The translations under genes and the position numbers were made by a program. Of a DNA stretch of 64,000 bases, positions 38,653-49,761 are shown in pieces (within the stretch, counting starts at the first letter, position 1; every line of letters starts with the position of its first letter). Source of the DNA: Nitrospirota bacterium (lineage in GTDB: Bacteria; Nitrospirota; UBA9217); the NCBI GenBank assembly GCA_963740085.1, contig CAVUCU010000001.1, positions 288,001-352,000 of the forward strand, read 5' to 3'. Under the pieces are notes generated by a model. The model was not told the DNA's origin, did not search any database, and saw only the letters and a program-made list of their open reading frames with translations.

Positions 38653-38851
38653 TCCGTTACCGGCAGCCAACACTGACCCACACTGACCCGGACAAGTTGG
38701 AACCCGAATCTTTTCGTCTTTTTCGTGCCATTCGTGATAACGCTTCGTGATGTTCTTACCATTTTGAGAAGAATTTGATTCATAATCGCCTGACCTCCGC
38801 CATCAAGGGGGAGATAATCACCTAAATGAACAGAAAAGAACGGAGCAGATC

Positions 38852-39892
38852 ATGAGTCTCAAAATTTTGATCCTCGGTGTAAATGGCTTTATCGGAAGCA
38901 GCCTGACCGAATATATCCTGAAAAACAGGGACTGGGAAGTGTACGGCATGGACATGGGCGATGACAAGATCGACCAGTGTCTGGGGCATGATCGATTCCA
39001 TTTTGTCGAGGGCGATATCACCATCAACAAAGAGTGGATCGAATACCACGTAAAAAAATGCGACGTGGTCCTTCCCCTGGTCGCCATCGCCACGCCGGCA
39101 ACGTATGTGATCGACCCGCTCAGGGTGTTCGAGCTGGATTTCGAGGCTAACCTCGACATCGTGCGCAAGTGCGTCCGGTATAAAAAGCGCGTCCTGTTTC
39201 CCTCCACATCGGAAGTATACGGCATGTGCGCGGACCCGGCGTTCGACGAGAACACGTCGAACCTCGTTCTCGGCCCTATTAACAAGCAGCGCTGGATATA
39301 CTCCTGTTCCAAGCAGCTCCTGGACCGGGTCATCCACGCGTACGGCATGAAAGAAGGACTGAGGTATACCCTCTTCAGGCCCTTCAACTGGGTCGGTCCC
39401 AGACTCGATAACATCCTGGAGCCCAAGGAAGGCAGCTCGCGCGTTCTTACCCAGTTCATCGGCAACATCCTCCGCGGCAGGGACATCCTTCTCGTGGACG
39501 GAGGAGCCCAGCGCCGGAGCTTCACCTACATCGATGACGGCATCGAAGCGCTGATCCGGATCATTGAGAACAAGGACAATGCCGCCGACAGCCGCATCTT
39601 CAATATCGGCAATCCCGAAAACGATGTGTCCGTCAGAGAGCTTGCCCAAACGCTGATCGAGCTCATCAAGTCCTATCCGAAGCATGCGAAGCTTGCCGAG
39701 AACGTCAAGCTCGTCACGGTCAAGTCCTCTGACTATTACGGCGACGGCTACCAGGACATCCAGACCCGGGTACCGTCCGTTAAGAACGCGGAGAAATACC
39801 TCGGCTGGAAACCGACCACGGACCTGAAGACGGCGCTCCGGAAGACCCTTGACTATCACCTCGGCAGGCCGTCGAGCGAGCTGAGCGAATAA
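38852..39892 (+). CDS. arnA: UDP-glucuronate oxidase/decarboxylase (stand-alone ArnA C-domain)
   Basis: [46 protein letters not shown]. Confidence 0.9.
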   Translation: MSLKILILGVNGFIGSSLTEYILKNRDWEVYGMDMGDDKIDQCLGHDRFHFVEGDITINKEWIEYHVKKCDVVLPLVAIATPATYVIDPLRVFELDFEANLDIVRKCVRYKKRVLFPSTSEVYGMCADPAFDENTSNLVLGPINKQRWIYSCSKQLLDRVIHAYGMKEGLRYTLFRPFNWVGPRLDNILEPKEGSSRVLTQFIGNILRGRDILLVDGGAQRRSFTYIDDGIEALIRIIENKDNAADSRIFNIGNPENDVSVRELAQTLIELIKSYPKHAKLAENVKLVTVKSSDYYGDGYQDIQTRVPSVKNAEKYLGWKPTTDLKTALRKTLDYHLGRPSSELSE

Positions 39893-39935
39893 GCGTCCCC
39901 CCCACTGAGCCGTAAAGTCAGGCTAATACATTTAA

Positions 39936-40132
39936 ACCGCGAAGACGCAAAGAGCGCGAAGGTTTAAGTACATATCGATGAACGCGCAACAAGTCGAATG
40001 TAACCGCAGAGACGCTGAGGCGCAGAGAAAATCCTTCCGTGTCTCAACGCCTCCGCAGTAGATCAGGTTTTTTACGAGATCACCAGATTAGAGTCTGATG
40101 TTTATTCTTCGCGTCCTTCGCGACTTAGCGGT
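39936..40132. repeat. two nested class A elements
   Basis: Outer arms 39936-39961 and 40107-40132 (CGCGAAG type). Inner arms 40003-40027 and 40035-40059 (CGCAGAG type). Confidence 0.8.
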
Positions 40133-40172
40133 AATTTCTTTTCCAATTTTTAGGGACATCCAAACTGCGATT

Positions 40173-41078
40173 ATGACCACTCCCCTTCTCGCCATAAAGA
40201 TCGACGTGGACACCGATCGCGGCACGCGCATAGGCGTTCCCAATCTGCTGGACCTCTTCGACGCGTTCGGTATCAAGGCCACGTTCCTCTTCTCCCTTGG
40301 TCCTGACAACACCGGCCGCGCGATCAAGCGCATCTTTCGTCCCGGATTCCTGAGCAAGGTCAGCCGCACCAGCGTGGTTTCCACCTATGGCGTCCGCACA
40401 CTTCTGAACGGCATTCTTCTGCCCGGCCCGCACGTTGGCCGTCGGAACGAAAGAGTGATGCGTCTGGCCCGCGACAGGGGCCACGAGGTCGGCATCCACT
40501 GCTACGACCATATCCGCTGGCAGGATGGCCTCTCGAAGATGGACCGCGCCGAGGTCTACGAGGAGTTCGGCAAGGCACGGAAGGAATTCGAGCGGATCTT
40601 CGGCGGACCGGCAAAGACCGCGGGCTCCGCGGGATGGCAGGTAAACAGTTTCAGCCTCGAGGCCTATGACGATGCACACCTGCTTTACGCCAGCGATGCC
40701 CGTGGTACGCATCCGTTCTTTCCGCGCCTGGGCGGTGTGGTATACAAGACGCCCCAGATACCGACAACGCTTCCCACGCTGGATGAGCTGCTCGGCAGGC
40801 CGGAATATCCCGAGGACCGCATCGTAGCGCATTACCTTGCGCTCCTGGCGTCGGACAAATTGAATGTTCTCACGATCCACGCAGAGGTCGAAGGCATGAA
40901 GAAGATCGAACTGTTCAGGTCTTTGCTCGAACAGGTCCGGGAACGCAAGATACAGGTCAAAAGACTCGGTGACCTTGCCGCCAACCTTCTGAGAAACCCC
41001 TCATCCATTCCCCTGTGCGGACTTATCTCCGGCACGGTTGACGGAAGAAGCGGCACGCTGGCCGTCCAGGCGAAATGA
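40173..41078 (+). CDS. arnD: ArnD-like deformylase (polysaccharide deacetylase family)
   Basis: KIDVDT, LFSLGPDNTGR, GIHCYDH, IPTTLPTLDE, TIHAE. Confidence 0.88.
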   Translation: MTTPLLAIKIDVDTDRGTRIGVPNLLDLFDAFGIKATFLFSLGPDNTGRAIKRIFRPGFLSKVSRTSVVSTYGVRTLLNGILLPGPHVGRRNERVMRLARDRGHEVGIHCYDHIRWQDGLSKMDRAEVYEEFGKARKEFERIFGGPAKTAGSAGWQVNSFSLEAYDDAHLLYASDARGTHPFFPRLGGVVYKTPQIPTTLPTLDELLGRPEYPEDRIVAHYLALLASDKLNVLTIHAEVEGMKKIELFRSLLEQVRERKIQVKRLGDLAANLLRNPSSIPLCGLISGTVDGRSGTLAVQAK

Positions 41079-41527
41079 CACCCTTTCGCCTGATCAGCAG
41101 CCAAGACGCATGCAGTTCCCGGGAAGAGCATTGGTGCATAACGGACAGAATATTAATTGACCTTTGTGATGGAGGTCATCTTGACAATGAAATTTGCATG
41201 GATCAACAATTGGTCACCTCGCAAACTGTAATTAGCATCATTGACTTGTCCGTTCAATTTATCTTGACACGGAGAGAGCGGGAATTTATCATGCACGTCG
41301 ATGGTGAGCGGTTTGCCCCCCGGGTCCGGCTGGACGATCGGCACGCTCAACACGATGAGCGCGCGAATGCAGGCCAGGTCGGTACTGGCGGGCCTTCTGA
41401 CGGCCGCAGCCTGAAGACGCAAGCGTTGTGTTTAGCGAAAGTACGCTTCGCAATCGATCGGTGCATGCTCAATGAGACGAACACATGGAGCAGCAATTAC
41501 TATATAAAAACTGAGAGGGAGGCTATC

Positions 41528-42004
41528 ATGAAAACAATCAGTATGAGAGAGAAGATCGGGCTGTTGGCAGTAAGTGCGTTCGTGGCTACCGCGATCCTCA
41601 CGGCGTGCCAAAGTGGCCCGCCGCAGATCAGCATCGATGGGGCCCGGGCCGAGTTGTCCCCCGCTATTATAGGCGAAGCTATGGTGACTATGAATATCAA
41701 GAACGAAGGTGGAGCGGATGTGCTCACGGGAGTAAAGATTGACATACCGGGTGCAAGGGCTTTATTTCACGTTATGCAGGGCGAGCGCATGGTGAGTGCA
41801 GACAGAGTGAAAATCCCGGCGAAAGGGAACATGGAATTGAAGATGGGCGGCAGCCACATCATGATTCAGGATATGCCTAAGACCATAAAGGAAGGTTCTC
41901 GGTTCAACGTGACGCTGACCTTTGAGAAATCAGGAGAGAAGCAGATACCGCTGACGCTTCAGGGGGCCGCCGCAATGCCCATGGGGCATGGACACCACAT
42001 GTAA
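41528..42004 (+). CDS. copper chaperone PCu(A)C family lipoprotein
   Basis: Lipobox LTAC, H...M...GGSHIM, LTFEKSG, His/Met tail. SD GGGAGG. Confidence 0.85.
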   Translation: MKTISMREKIGLLAVSAFVATAILTACQSGPPQISIDGARAELSPAIIGEAMVTMNIKNEGGADVLTGVKIDIPGARALFHVMQGERMVSADRVKIPAKGNMELKMGGSHIMIQDMPKTIKEGSRFNVTLTFEKSGEKQIPLTLQGAAAMPMGHGHHM

Positions 42005-42164
42005 CGAATGGTATATCCATTCTTACCGCGCTTGAAAGCAGGCGAACGTGACTGCCTGCTCTGTTCCAATGAAGTAAAGTATTTCAGTTGGATATATGCT
42101 GTCGAACCTGCCTGTCCCTCCCGTAAACAGGAATGACGACAGGTATTGTGCTAAAAAGGGGCGC

Positions 42165-42689
42165 ATGAAACAAAACTTTGCAGCCATTTTATTGTTGTCG
42201 ACAATAGTGGTTTTCTGCGCGGGGTGTGCAGCGGAACCAGGCATCGACAAAGGGAAATTCTCGGAATTGAACCGGACCGCGCTGGACCTGCAGGCTTCAC
42301 TCACATCGGGAAAACCCTGTGCAATGCCTGATACCTTGCTGCAACGACTTGATTCCGGGACGGCGGCCTTAAAAAACGGGACGACCTCAGAGGGGGAGCG
42401 CGACCTGCTCGCGGCCTACGTTAACCTTTTGACTACCTACAAAGACGGTTTGCTGCTTTGCAAATACCGGACCCATCTCTCTCAATTTCAATTCGTTCCC
42501 AGAGGACGCATCTATGTGTTTCAAGAACTTGATCCGCTGGTTCAGAAATATGATCTTTCAACAGAGAGCCATCTGTATCGGCCCACTGGGCTGAATTGGC
42601 GGAGCATTGACGGAAATTCGATAAAGGTGATCTGGAAAAGCGCGGAGTTCCAGATAAAGATCATAGAAAACATGTTTAATTATAGTTGA
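42165..42689 (+). CDS. hypothetical lipoprotein
   Basis: Signal peptide with CAGC lipobox. Confidence 0.65.
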   Translation: MKQNFAAILLLSTIVVFCAGCAAEPGIDKGKFSELNRTALDLQASLTSGKPCAMPDTLLQRLDSGTAALKNGTTSEGERDLLAAYVNLLTTYKDGLLLCKYRTHLSQFQFVPRGRIYVFQELDPLVQKYDLSTESHLYRPTGLNWRSIDGNSIKVIWKSAEFQIKIIENMFNYS

Positions 42690-43018
42690 GGTTATTATAT
42701 CCGCCCCCCACCCGTGCCGCCGATGTACAGGATTCAATCCATATTCGATATTCGTTGCGCTGGTCGAATTTGCCTGCTCGGCGTTGAACGCTGTGCATTC
42801 TGCCCTTATATAACCCTTCCCGTTGATAATTACTAAATACGCCTTCCCAAACGATTCGGAACCTATCACACCGTCGGCTTTAAATGTCTCCGGATATCGG
42901 GCAGAAACACAACTATCGTATCGAGCGGGCTTTTTTCGCTCTACAAAGAACGCTGTTTCAGCATTCCGTTCAGAGCCGACTCAGGTGAAATATAATTTCC
43001 GTCAAATCACATATTCTT

Positions 43019-43047
43019 TTGACAATACGAAGGTATTGCTTTATATT
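43019..43047 (+). promoter_or_regulatory. sigma70-type promoter of mtnA
   Basis: TTGACA-N17-TATATT. Confidence 0.6.
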
Positions 43048-43103
43048 TACGTTAATATCACTCGGTTTCCTCAATACAATTAAACAATAAAGGAGCTTCA
43101 CCC

Positions 43104-44165
43104 ATGATCCCGACCGTTGAATGGAAGAACGGCGTCGTACGGATGCTGGACCAGACGAAACTGCCTTTCGAGACCGTGTACAACGAGTGCAAGGACTATC
43201 AGACCGTGGCAAAGGGCATCAAGGGGCTCTGGGTGAGAGGTGCGCCGGCGATCGGCGTCTCCGCAGCCATGGGCCTGGCGCTCGGTGCACGTCAGATCAC
43301 TGCCGGTTCATTCGAAGAGTTCTGGCCGAAGTTTGAAGAGATCTGCTCCTCCATGTCGGCCACGCGCCCGACAGCGGTGAACCTCTTCTGGGCCATCGAT
43401 CGGATCAAAAAGTTTGTGCAGGCCAACGGGGACAAGGATCTTGACACACTGCGCGCAATGCTGGTAGAGGAGTCCCAGCGCATGCACGACGAGGATATCG
43501 AGACGAACATGCGGATAGGCGGCTATGGAGCACGATTTGTTTCTGACGATGACAATCTCATCACTCACTGCAATGCGGGCTCCATCGCGACAGCGGGCTA
43601 CGGGACCGCCGAAGGTGTTATGCGCTCCGCGGTGGCTGAAGGGAAAAAGATCCACGTTTACGTCGATGAAACCCGTCCCGTTCTTCAGGGCGCCCGCCTG
43701 ACCGCCTGGGAACTCATGCAGGAGAACATCCCCTGCACACTGATCACGGACAGCATGGCCGGCTACTTCATGTACCGCGATATGATCGACCTGGCAATCG
43801 TGGGCGCTGACCGCATCGCCGCAAACGGCGACGTGGCGAACAAGATAGGGACTTACGGCCTCGCGGTCCTCTGCAAGGAGCATGGCATCCCCTTCTACGT
43901 TGCCGCGCCGCTCTCGACCATCGACTTTACCATGGAATCAGGGTTCCTCATCCCTATTGAAGAACGCGATCCCCGCGAGGTCACCCATGTTTTCGGCAAG
44001 GTCCAGATTGCGCCTGATGGCGTAAAGGTGGCTAATCCGGCGTTCGATGTGACACCGGCCCGCTACGTAACCGCTATCATCACCGAAGTCGGCGCCTTCC
44101 ACCCGAAGGACATCCACAAGCTTGCCGATGGGAACATCGATCCGGATAAAATCAGAATGAAATAG
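43104..44165 (+). CDS. mtnA: methylthioribose-1-phosphate isomerase
   Basis: LDQTKLP, VRGAPAIG, RPTAVNL, THCNAG, ETRP, GDVANKIGTY, NPAFDVTP. Confidence 0.95.
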   Translation: MIPTVEWKNGVVRMLDQTKLPFETVYNECKDYQTVAKGIKGLWVRGAPAIGVSAAMGLALGARQITAGSFEEFWPKFEEICSSMSATRPTAVNLFWAIDRIKKFVQANGDKDLDTLRAMLVEESQRMHDEDIETNMRIGGYGARFVSDDDNLITHCNAGSIATAGYGTAEGVMRSAVAEGKKIHVYVDETRPVLQGARLTAWELMQENIPCTLITDSMAGYFMYRDMIDLAIVGADRIAANGDVANKIGTYGLAVLCKEHGIPFYVAAPLSTIDFTMESGFLIPIEERDPREVTHVFGKVQIAPDGVKVANPAFDVTPARYVTAIITEVGAFHPKDIHKLADGNIDPDKIRMK

Positions 44166-44217
44166 CATCTGTTGAGAGAGCGGGTGATGAAGATCTGGGG
44201 GGAACTCCGAACTTTGT

Positions 44218-44243
44218 CCCCTGAACCCTGAACCCGGTACCCA
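44218..44243. repeat. class B heptamer single arm
   Basis: CCCTGAA-CCCTGAA-CCCGGTA-CCC, the same unit as 14813-14896. Confidence 0.55.
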
Positions 44244-44270
44244 ATGCTCTCATCTCACCACGGAGGCCGA

Positions 44271-45353
44271 ATGAAACAGACCGTTCTCCATCAAAAACAT
44301 CTTCAGGTAAATGCAAAGATGACGGAATACCAGGACTGGCAGATCCCTCTCCAGTTCTCCGACGTGCTGGCAGAATACCAGGCTGTGCGCGCAGCTGCCG
44401 GGCTGTTCGATATCGGTTACCTGGGCAGGATCGAGATCACCGGATTGGGCGTTAATGCTTTTCTTCAGAACATACTCACCAGAAATATTGATAAGATTGC
44501 GATCGGCTCCGTTCACTATGGCCTCATCTGTAATGAGTCCGGGTTCATTCTTGACGATATCCTCATCCTTCGCCTCGCAGGCAACCAATACCTGCTCACC
44601 ACGAATGCGGGCAATACCGGCAAAATACTTCTGTGGCTCAAAAAGCATGCACCCGATGACGTCCGCCTGACCGATAAAACAACGGCCCTCGCGCAATTTG
44701 CGCTGCAGGGACCGCAATCGTTCCCACTCCTCGAGAAACTCATTGTACGCCACCTGATTAAAATGAAGCCGCGAGTGGTGCGGGAATTGACCATACAGGA
44801 CATCATTGTCACGATTTCAAGAACCGGCTACACCGGAGACCATGCGTATGAGATCTTCGTGCCCTCTGGCCGCGCCGAGGCACTCTGGGACGCGATCATG
44901 GCCGCCGGAAGCGACATGGGTCTTCTCCCCTGCGGCTATGCCTGCAGGGACATCCTGCGCCTGGAAACAGGGCATCTTTTGTACGGGAGCGACCTTGATG
45001 AAACGCGCACTCCGCTCGAAGCCGGGCTGGGATCGTTGGTTGATTTCAGCAAAGAGTTTATCGGCAAAGAGGCCTTGCTTAAGCTCCAGACCGAAGGGCC
45101 GAAACAAAAATTGGCCGGGTTTATCCTCGTCGACAAAGGTGTGCCGAAGAGCGGCGGCAGCATCTTTTCGGAAAGCCGTGAGATCGGCGTCGTTACCAGC
45201 GGCGTCCAATCGCCCCACCGCCGCACCGGCATCGGGCTCGGTTATGTCGTGAGCCGCTATGCCCAGGCGGGACAAGAGATCGAGATCGAGGTCCGTGACA
45301 GGGAGATCGCGGCAAAGATCGTTGACCTGCCGTTTTACCGAAAAAAGGTCTGA
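44271..45353 (+). CDS. gcvT: glycine cleavage T / aminomethyltransferase family
   Basis: GLFDIGYLG, ALQGP, SRTGYTG, RDILRLE, IGVVTSG, PFY. Confidence 0.85.
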   Translation: MKQTVLHQKHLQVNAKMTEYQDWQIPLQFSDVLAEYQAVRAAAGLFDIGYLGRIEITGLGVNAFLQNILTRNIDKIAIGSVHYGLICNESGFILDDILILRLAGNQYLLTTNAGNTGKILLWLKKHAPDDVRLTDKTTALAQFALQGPQSFPLLEKLIVRHLIKMKPRVVRELTIQDIIVTISRTGYTGDHAYEIFVPSGRAEALWDAIMAAGSDMGLLPCGYACRDILRLETGHLLYGSDLDETRTPLEAGLGSLVDFSKEFIGKEALLKLQTEGPKQKLAGFILVDKGVPKSGGSIFSESREIGVVTSGVQSPHRRTGIGLGYVVSRYAQAGQEIEIEVRDREIAAKIVDLPFYRKKV

Positions 45354-45476
45354 TCAACGATCAGGCGTCTCTTTAATCCCCTGAGGACGGGGAATCCTTC
45401 TCTTAATTCTTGACGCTCCCAGCGGCCCCAACGTATACTATGCTTGCCCTTTGATACGGAGAAAGCGGATACGATA

Positions 45477-45660
45477 ATGAAAAAGGTGCTGTTGACGAAT
45501 GAGGTGAAGGCCCTCATTGGAAGGAAAAGCAGTTTTCTCGATCGCGCCGATATCACGGTGTTTACTGCGGCCACGAACGCCGAAGTGCTTAAAGTTCACC
45601 GGGATGAAGGGGTATCGCTCATTGTCACGCACCTGGACACGCCGGATCGTGACGGCAAAG
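45477..45660 (+). pseudogene. truncated receiver-domain-like gene fragment
   Basis: MKKVLL...SFLDRADITVFTAATNAEVLKVHRDEGVSLIVTHLDTPDRDG resembles a REC N-terminus, then loses coherence and runs over the next gene. Confidence 0.5.
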
Positions 45661-45732
45661 AGGGTGAAGAAGTATCTGTCTTCGGGAAAGGCAGGCTTCG
45701 CGACCATGCCTTTAAGCGCAGCAGGAGGCAAC

Positions 45733-46107
45733 ATGCAATTCTTTATTTTTCTGGCCCTGTTCGTGACGTTGTTATTTCTGCCCGGAGTAGGCCCCGCGGA
45801 GACAATCGAAGAGTGTCAAAATAATTGCTCCACCGACCTGGCAGCGAGCATCGCAACCTGCCCGCCGGCCACGGAAGAAAAAGAGACTGATCAGACTCAC
45901 CAAAAGTGCCGGCAGGAAGTCCAGGAGGCTTTAAGGGCTTGTCACGAGGTATGCCGGCATGCCGCGTCGATGGAAGCTCCGATGGATACACCCGCAGAAG
46001 AGACGAAAGATTCACCACAGGATGGGCTGACAAGTATGCCTCCGGTCGCACCGCCGGAATCACCCCAGGAAATGCCTCAGGACACGCCCCCGGATGAACC
46101 AAAATAG
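45733..46107 (+). CDS. secreted Cys-rich hypothetical protein with Pro/Glu-rich tail
   Basis: SD GGAGG, signal peptide, six Cys. Confidence 0.65.
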   Translation: MQFFIFLALFVTLLFLPGVGPAETIEECQNNCSTDLAASIATCPPATEEKETDQTHQKCRQEVQEALRACHEVCRHAASMEAPMDTPAEETKDSPQDGLTSMPPVAPPESPQEMPQDTPPDEPK

Positions 46108-46196
46108 TTGTCTTTGGATACGCACTGTGGCTCCCGGCACTCGACCGCACGGGCGTTTTCAGGGCCCGGCATATCATAATTTTAGGAGGTAAAATC

Positions 46197-46384
46197 ATGC
46201 ATTGTAATGTCGGAACGCTGGACAGGGTGGAGAATATTCAATGTGCCGCCTTCATGCTTGTCGGGGTATCGGAGTTTGGCAATATGTGTTAGGAGGATAT
46301 GGTTTGATCAGATCCCTGACGGGACTGTTTGCCTTCTGTCCCGGATATCTCCCTTTCAATTATTCTACGAAGAGCAAAACCTGA
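46197..46384 (+). pseudogene. frameshifted DUF2892/YgaP-like membrane protein
   Basis: SD AGGAGG, MHCNVGTLDR in one frame and GVWQYVLGGYGLIRSLTGLFAFCPGYLPF in another. Confidence 0.6.
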
Positions 46385-46551
46385 TCCTCCATCTGCTCCC
46401 GGAAGATGGCATTTTCATGATCGCCCCCCTGTCCTCCATCCTGTTCGACCGCTATCCCGGAAACTGCTTCCCTCTCAATACATTGTTTTATTGCCCGTCC
46501 CTTTTGCTCTTCTCCCTTTGCCACTCTGTGACTTTATGGTAATATGTCCTC

Positions 46552-48993
46552 ATGGAAACTAAAAAAGCCGTCATCCCGGTCAAAGGCATGACCTGCGTGA
46601 ACTGCGCTGCAGCGATACAGAAGGACATTTCACGGCTCGTTGGCGTACAAAGCGCGAATGTCAATTATGCCAATGAAAAAGCCGTCGTCGAGTTCGATCC
46701 TGCCGTTACCGGTCTGGATAAGTTCATATCCAGCATTCATGAATCAGGTTATCAGGCGGTCACGGAAACGGTCTTCATGCCGATCATCGATCTTGACGTC
46801 TCGCGTTCACAAGAGCTTGGGCGCTTAACAGAAGAAATCGACGGCGTGCTCAAGGCCGTCGTAAATCCCGCAGCCGGGACCGTGGAGATTGAATACGTCC
46901 CCGGCCAGATCGGTCTCAGGGATATCAGGAGGGCCATCGAGAAAGCCGGCTTCCGCGTGCCCCAGCAGATAGAAGGCCGATCTGCGCTCGACATCGAAAA
47001 AGAAGCCCGGAAAAGGGAGCTCGCGGAGATTCGCAACAAGCTCATCGTGAGCGCTGCCCTCTCGGCGCTCGTGATGATCGGCAGCTTCCAGGACATGCTC
47101 CCCTTCATCAGCATCCTCCCGCGCCGCACCATGTGGTTCATCCTGTTCCTGCTGGCCTCGCCGGTCCAGTTCTGGGCAGGCCGACACTTCTACCAGAATG
47201 CCTGGGCTTCGATCAAGCACGGCAGCACGAATATGAACACCCTCGTAGTCGTAGGGACAAGCGCGGCCTATGGCTACAGCGTGGTACTCACCTTCTTCCC
47301 TTCGCTGCTGGGCCATCAGGGTACCCACGGTGGCGTTTACTATGACACTGCCACGATGATCATCACGCTCATCTTGTTCGGGAAATATCTCGAGGCGCGG
47401 GCGAAATCGCGGGCCGGCGAAGCGATCAAAAAGCTCATGGGGCTTCAGCCCCGTACCGCGCGCGTGGTTCGTGAAGGCAAAGAACTTGATATTCCGATCG
47501 AAGACGTGGAGGCGGGCGACCTTGTCATGGTAAGACCGGGAGAGAAGATCCCCGTCGATGGCGTCATCCGTACTGGTTATTCCTCGATTGACGAAGCCAT
47601 GCTGACCGGAGAGAGCCTGCCGGTGGAGAAGAAAACCGGGGACACGGTCATCGGCGCAACGATCAATAAGACCGGCACGTTCACCTTCGAAGCGACCAAG
47701 GTGGGCAAGGATACCATGCTCTCCCAGATCATCCGCATGGTCCAGGAGGCCCAGGGCTCCAAGGCGCCGATCCAGCGCCTCGCAGACTATATTTCCAGCA
47801 TCTTCGTGCCCACTGTCATCTCGATCGGTATCGTGACTTTCGGTATCTGGTATTTCTTCGGCCCGGTGGAAACGAGATTCACCTTCGCTCTGGTGAATTT
47901 TATCGCCGTGCTGATCATCGCCTGTCCCTGCGCCATGGGGCTCGCCACGCCAACGGCTATCATGGTCGGAACCGGCAAAGGTGCCGAACAGGGCATCCTG
48001 TTCAAGAATGCCGAGAGCCTCGAACGGGCACAAAAGATCGATACCATAGTGCTGGATAAGACCGGTACGCTCACGCGCGGTGAGCCAATGGTCACGGACG
48101 TTATTCGAGACATCATGAGCGAACGGGAAATCCTCTTTTTCGCGGGGTCTGCGGAAAAAGGCTCTGAACACCCGCTCGGAGAGGCGATCGTGCGCAATGC
48201 GCTTGAAAAGAATATTGAGCTTGAACAAGCGGATGAATTCGAAGCACTTCCGGGCCATGGCATTCGGGCGGCGCTGAAAGGGAAAGAGGTCATCCTCGGC
48301 AACGAACGGCTCATGTCCGACCGGAAGATCAATTTCGGAAAACTCCTCAAAGAAGCGGAAAGGCTTTCAGCCCTCGGGAAAACACCCATGTTCGTGGCTG
48401 TTGACGGCAAGGCCGCGGGGATCATCGCGGTCGCCGACACGGTCAAAGATCATTCAAAAGAAGCCGTGGCCAAACTCAAAGCGCTCGGACTCGAGGTCGT
48501 GATGCTGACGGGCGATAATCGCCGCACAGCCCAGGCCATTGCCGACGAGCTCGGGATCACCCGCGTGCTGGCCGAGGTGCTGCCGCAGGACAAGATGAAC
48601 ACGGTGAAAAAGCTCCAGTCCGAGGGCAGTATTGTCGCCATGGTCGGAGACGGGATCAACGATGCCCCTGCCCTTACCCAGGCCGATATCGGCATCGCCA
48701 TCGGCACGGGCACGGATGTGGCCATTGAAGCATCGGACGTCACCCTGATCAAGGACGATCTCCGCGTGGTTGCCGTCGCGATGAGGCTTTCTCGCAGGAC
48801 CATGCAGACGATCAGGATGAACCTGTTCTGGGCATTCTTCTACAACATCATCGGCATCCCGGTCGCCGCAGGCGTGCTCTACCCGTTCCTTGGCGCCGCA
48901 GGACTGTTGAATCCGATGTACGCCTCGGCAGCCATGGCATTCAGCTCCGTGAGCGTGGTGTCGAACTCGCTCAGACTGAGAAGGTTCTCATAA
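46552..48993 (+). CDS. copA: Cu(I)-translocating P1B-type ATPase
   Basis: [38 protein letters not shown]. Confidence 0.93.
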   Translation: METKKAVIPVKGMTCVNCAAAIQKDISRLVGVQSANVNYANEKAVVEFDPAVTGLDKFISSIHESGYQAVTETVFMPIIDLDVSRSQELGRLTEEIDGVLKAVVNPAAGTVEIEYVPGQIGLRDIRRAIEKAGFRVPQQIEGRSALDIEKEARKRELAEIRNKLIVSAALSALVMIGSFQDMLPFISILPRRTMWFILFLLASPVQFWAGRHFYQNAWASIKHGSTNMNTLVVVGTSAAYGYSVVLTFFPSLLGHQGTHGGVYYDTATMIITLILFGKYLEARAKSRAGEAIKKLMGLQPRTARVVREGKELDIPIEDVEAGDLVMVRPGEKIPVDGVIRTGYSSIDEAMLTGESLPVEKKTGDTVIGATINKTGTFTFEATKVGKDTMLSQIIRMVQEAQGSKAPIQRLADYISSIFVPTVISIGIVTFGIWYFFGPVETRFTFALVNFIAVLIIACPCAMGLATPTAIMVGTGKGAEQGILFKNAESLERAQKIDTIVLDKTGTLTRGEPMVTDVIRDIMSEREILFFAGSAEKGSEHPLGEAIVRNALEKNIELEQADEFEALPGHGIRAALKGKEVILGNERLMSDRKINFGKLLKEAERLSALGKTPMFVAVDGKAAGIIAVADTVKDHSKEAVAKLKALGLEVVMLTGDNRRTAQAIADELGITRVLAEVLPQDKMNTVKKLQSEGSIVAMVGDGINDAPALTQADIGIAIGTGTDVAIEASDVTLIKDDLRVVAVAMRLSRRTMQTIRMNLFWAFFYNIIGIPVAAGVLYPFLGAAGLLNPMYASAAMAFSSVSVVSNSLRLRRFS

Positions 48994-49048
48994 AATATCT
49001 AACCAGAATAAGCCGGAATAATAAAAGATCATAACTGAAATATCGTCT

Positions 49049-49142
49049 CTCGCAAAGACGCAAAGGACGGCAAGAATATCTTCAAGTATTGGTCTAAAAT
49101 AAAATGATTCGCCTTTCTTTGCGCACTTTGCGCCTTTGCGAG
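49049..49142. repeat. class A element, CGCAAAG variant (empty)
   Basis: CTCGCAAAG-ACGCAAAG-GACGGCAAG ... CTTTGCG-CACTTTGCG-CCTTTGCGAG. Confidence 0.85.
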
Positions 49143-49187
49143 GAAACAAAACAATATTGATGATTTTTAATCCGTTCTGGTGAGTAC

Positions 49188-49634
49188 ATGAAATTCATCG
49201 CTGACGTCATGCTGGGCAGGCTTGCCAGGCGAATGCGGCTCCTCGGGCTCGATGTCCTCTACAACCGGACGTTGAATGACAACGAGATCATCCGCCTCTC
49301 GCTCGAACAAGACCGCGTGATCCTGACACGGGATAGGGCCCTCAGTGATCGGCCGCTGGCGGTGAACCATCTGTTCATCGACAGTGATCTCGTACAAGAC
49401 CAGATCGGCCAGGTACTTTCATCCTTCCCCCCTGAAACGCCCCTCGATCCGTTTTCCCGCTGTTCCGAGTGTAATGATCCCCTCGATCAAATCACGCGAG
49501 AGGAAGCACATGACCTTGTACCGCAACATGTTTATGAAAGTAAATATCTATTTTTGCGGTGTCCGCGATGCAAAAGGACCTATTGGCAAGGAACCCACGT
49601 GATAAGGATGGAAATCCCGGGACGGAAGAAATAG
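49188..49634 (+). CDS. Mut7-C RNase (PIN + Zn ribbon) domain protein
   Basis: FIADVMLGRLARRMR, LTRD, RCSECN, CPRCKRTYWQGTH. Confidence 0.9.
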   Translation: MKFIADVMLGRLARRMRLLGLDVLYNRTLNDNEIIRLSLEQDRVILTRDRALSDRPLAVNHLFIDSDLVQDQIGQVLSSFPPETPLDPFSRCSECNDPLDQITREEAHDLVPQHVYESKYLFLRCPRCKRTYWQGTHVIRMEIPGRKK

Positions 49635-49761
49635 ATACCTGAAGGGCTTACTCCCTTTGTCTTTTAGGTCGATTCAAAGAGAGAATATGGGGTAATGGTA
49701 AGAACTGAGGAGTAAAAAGTTCCGGACGGGTTGTGGTAACACTCAATTTACAAGTCATTTA

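Noticed and set aside
38668-38752. Another class A element between the two arnA halves
   Set aside because: ACACTGACC x2 and TTCGTG repeats are present but the arms are not complementary. It is possibly a decayed or composite copy, so it was not counted.
37753-39892. Split arnA as a pseudogene or novelty
   Set aside because: Both halves are intact with their own starts. Separate formyltransferase and decarboxylase genes are known in other bacteria.
41075-41527. 150-aa N-terminal extension of the PCu(A)C ORF, and ORF 41153-41422
   Set aside because: The SD and lipoprotein signal start at 41528. The upstream region has no recognisable motif; it may be a relic but I cannot support a call.
42690-43100. 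SAM riboswitch or gene remnant upstream of mtnA
   Set aside because: No SAM-I core is recognisable, and the short ORFs (42558-42869, 42823-43083) lack motifs or SD.
44166-44270. Glycine riboswitch upstream of gcvT
   Set aside because: The GGAGA/CCGAAG/CTCTCAGG core is absent; the region holds a heptamer arm instead.
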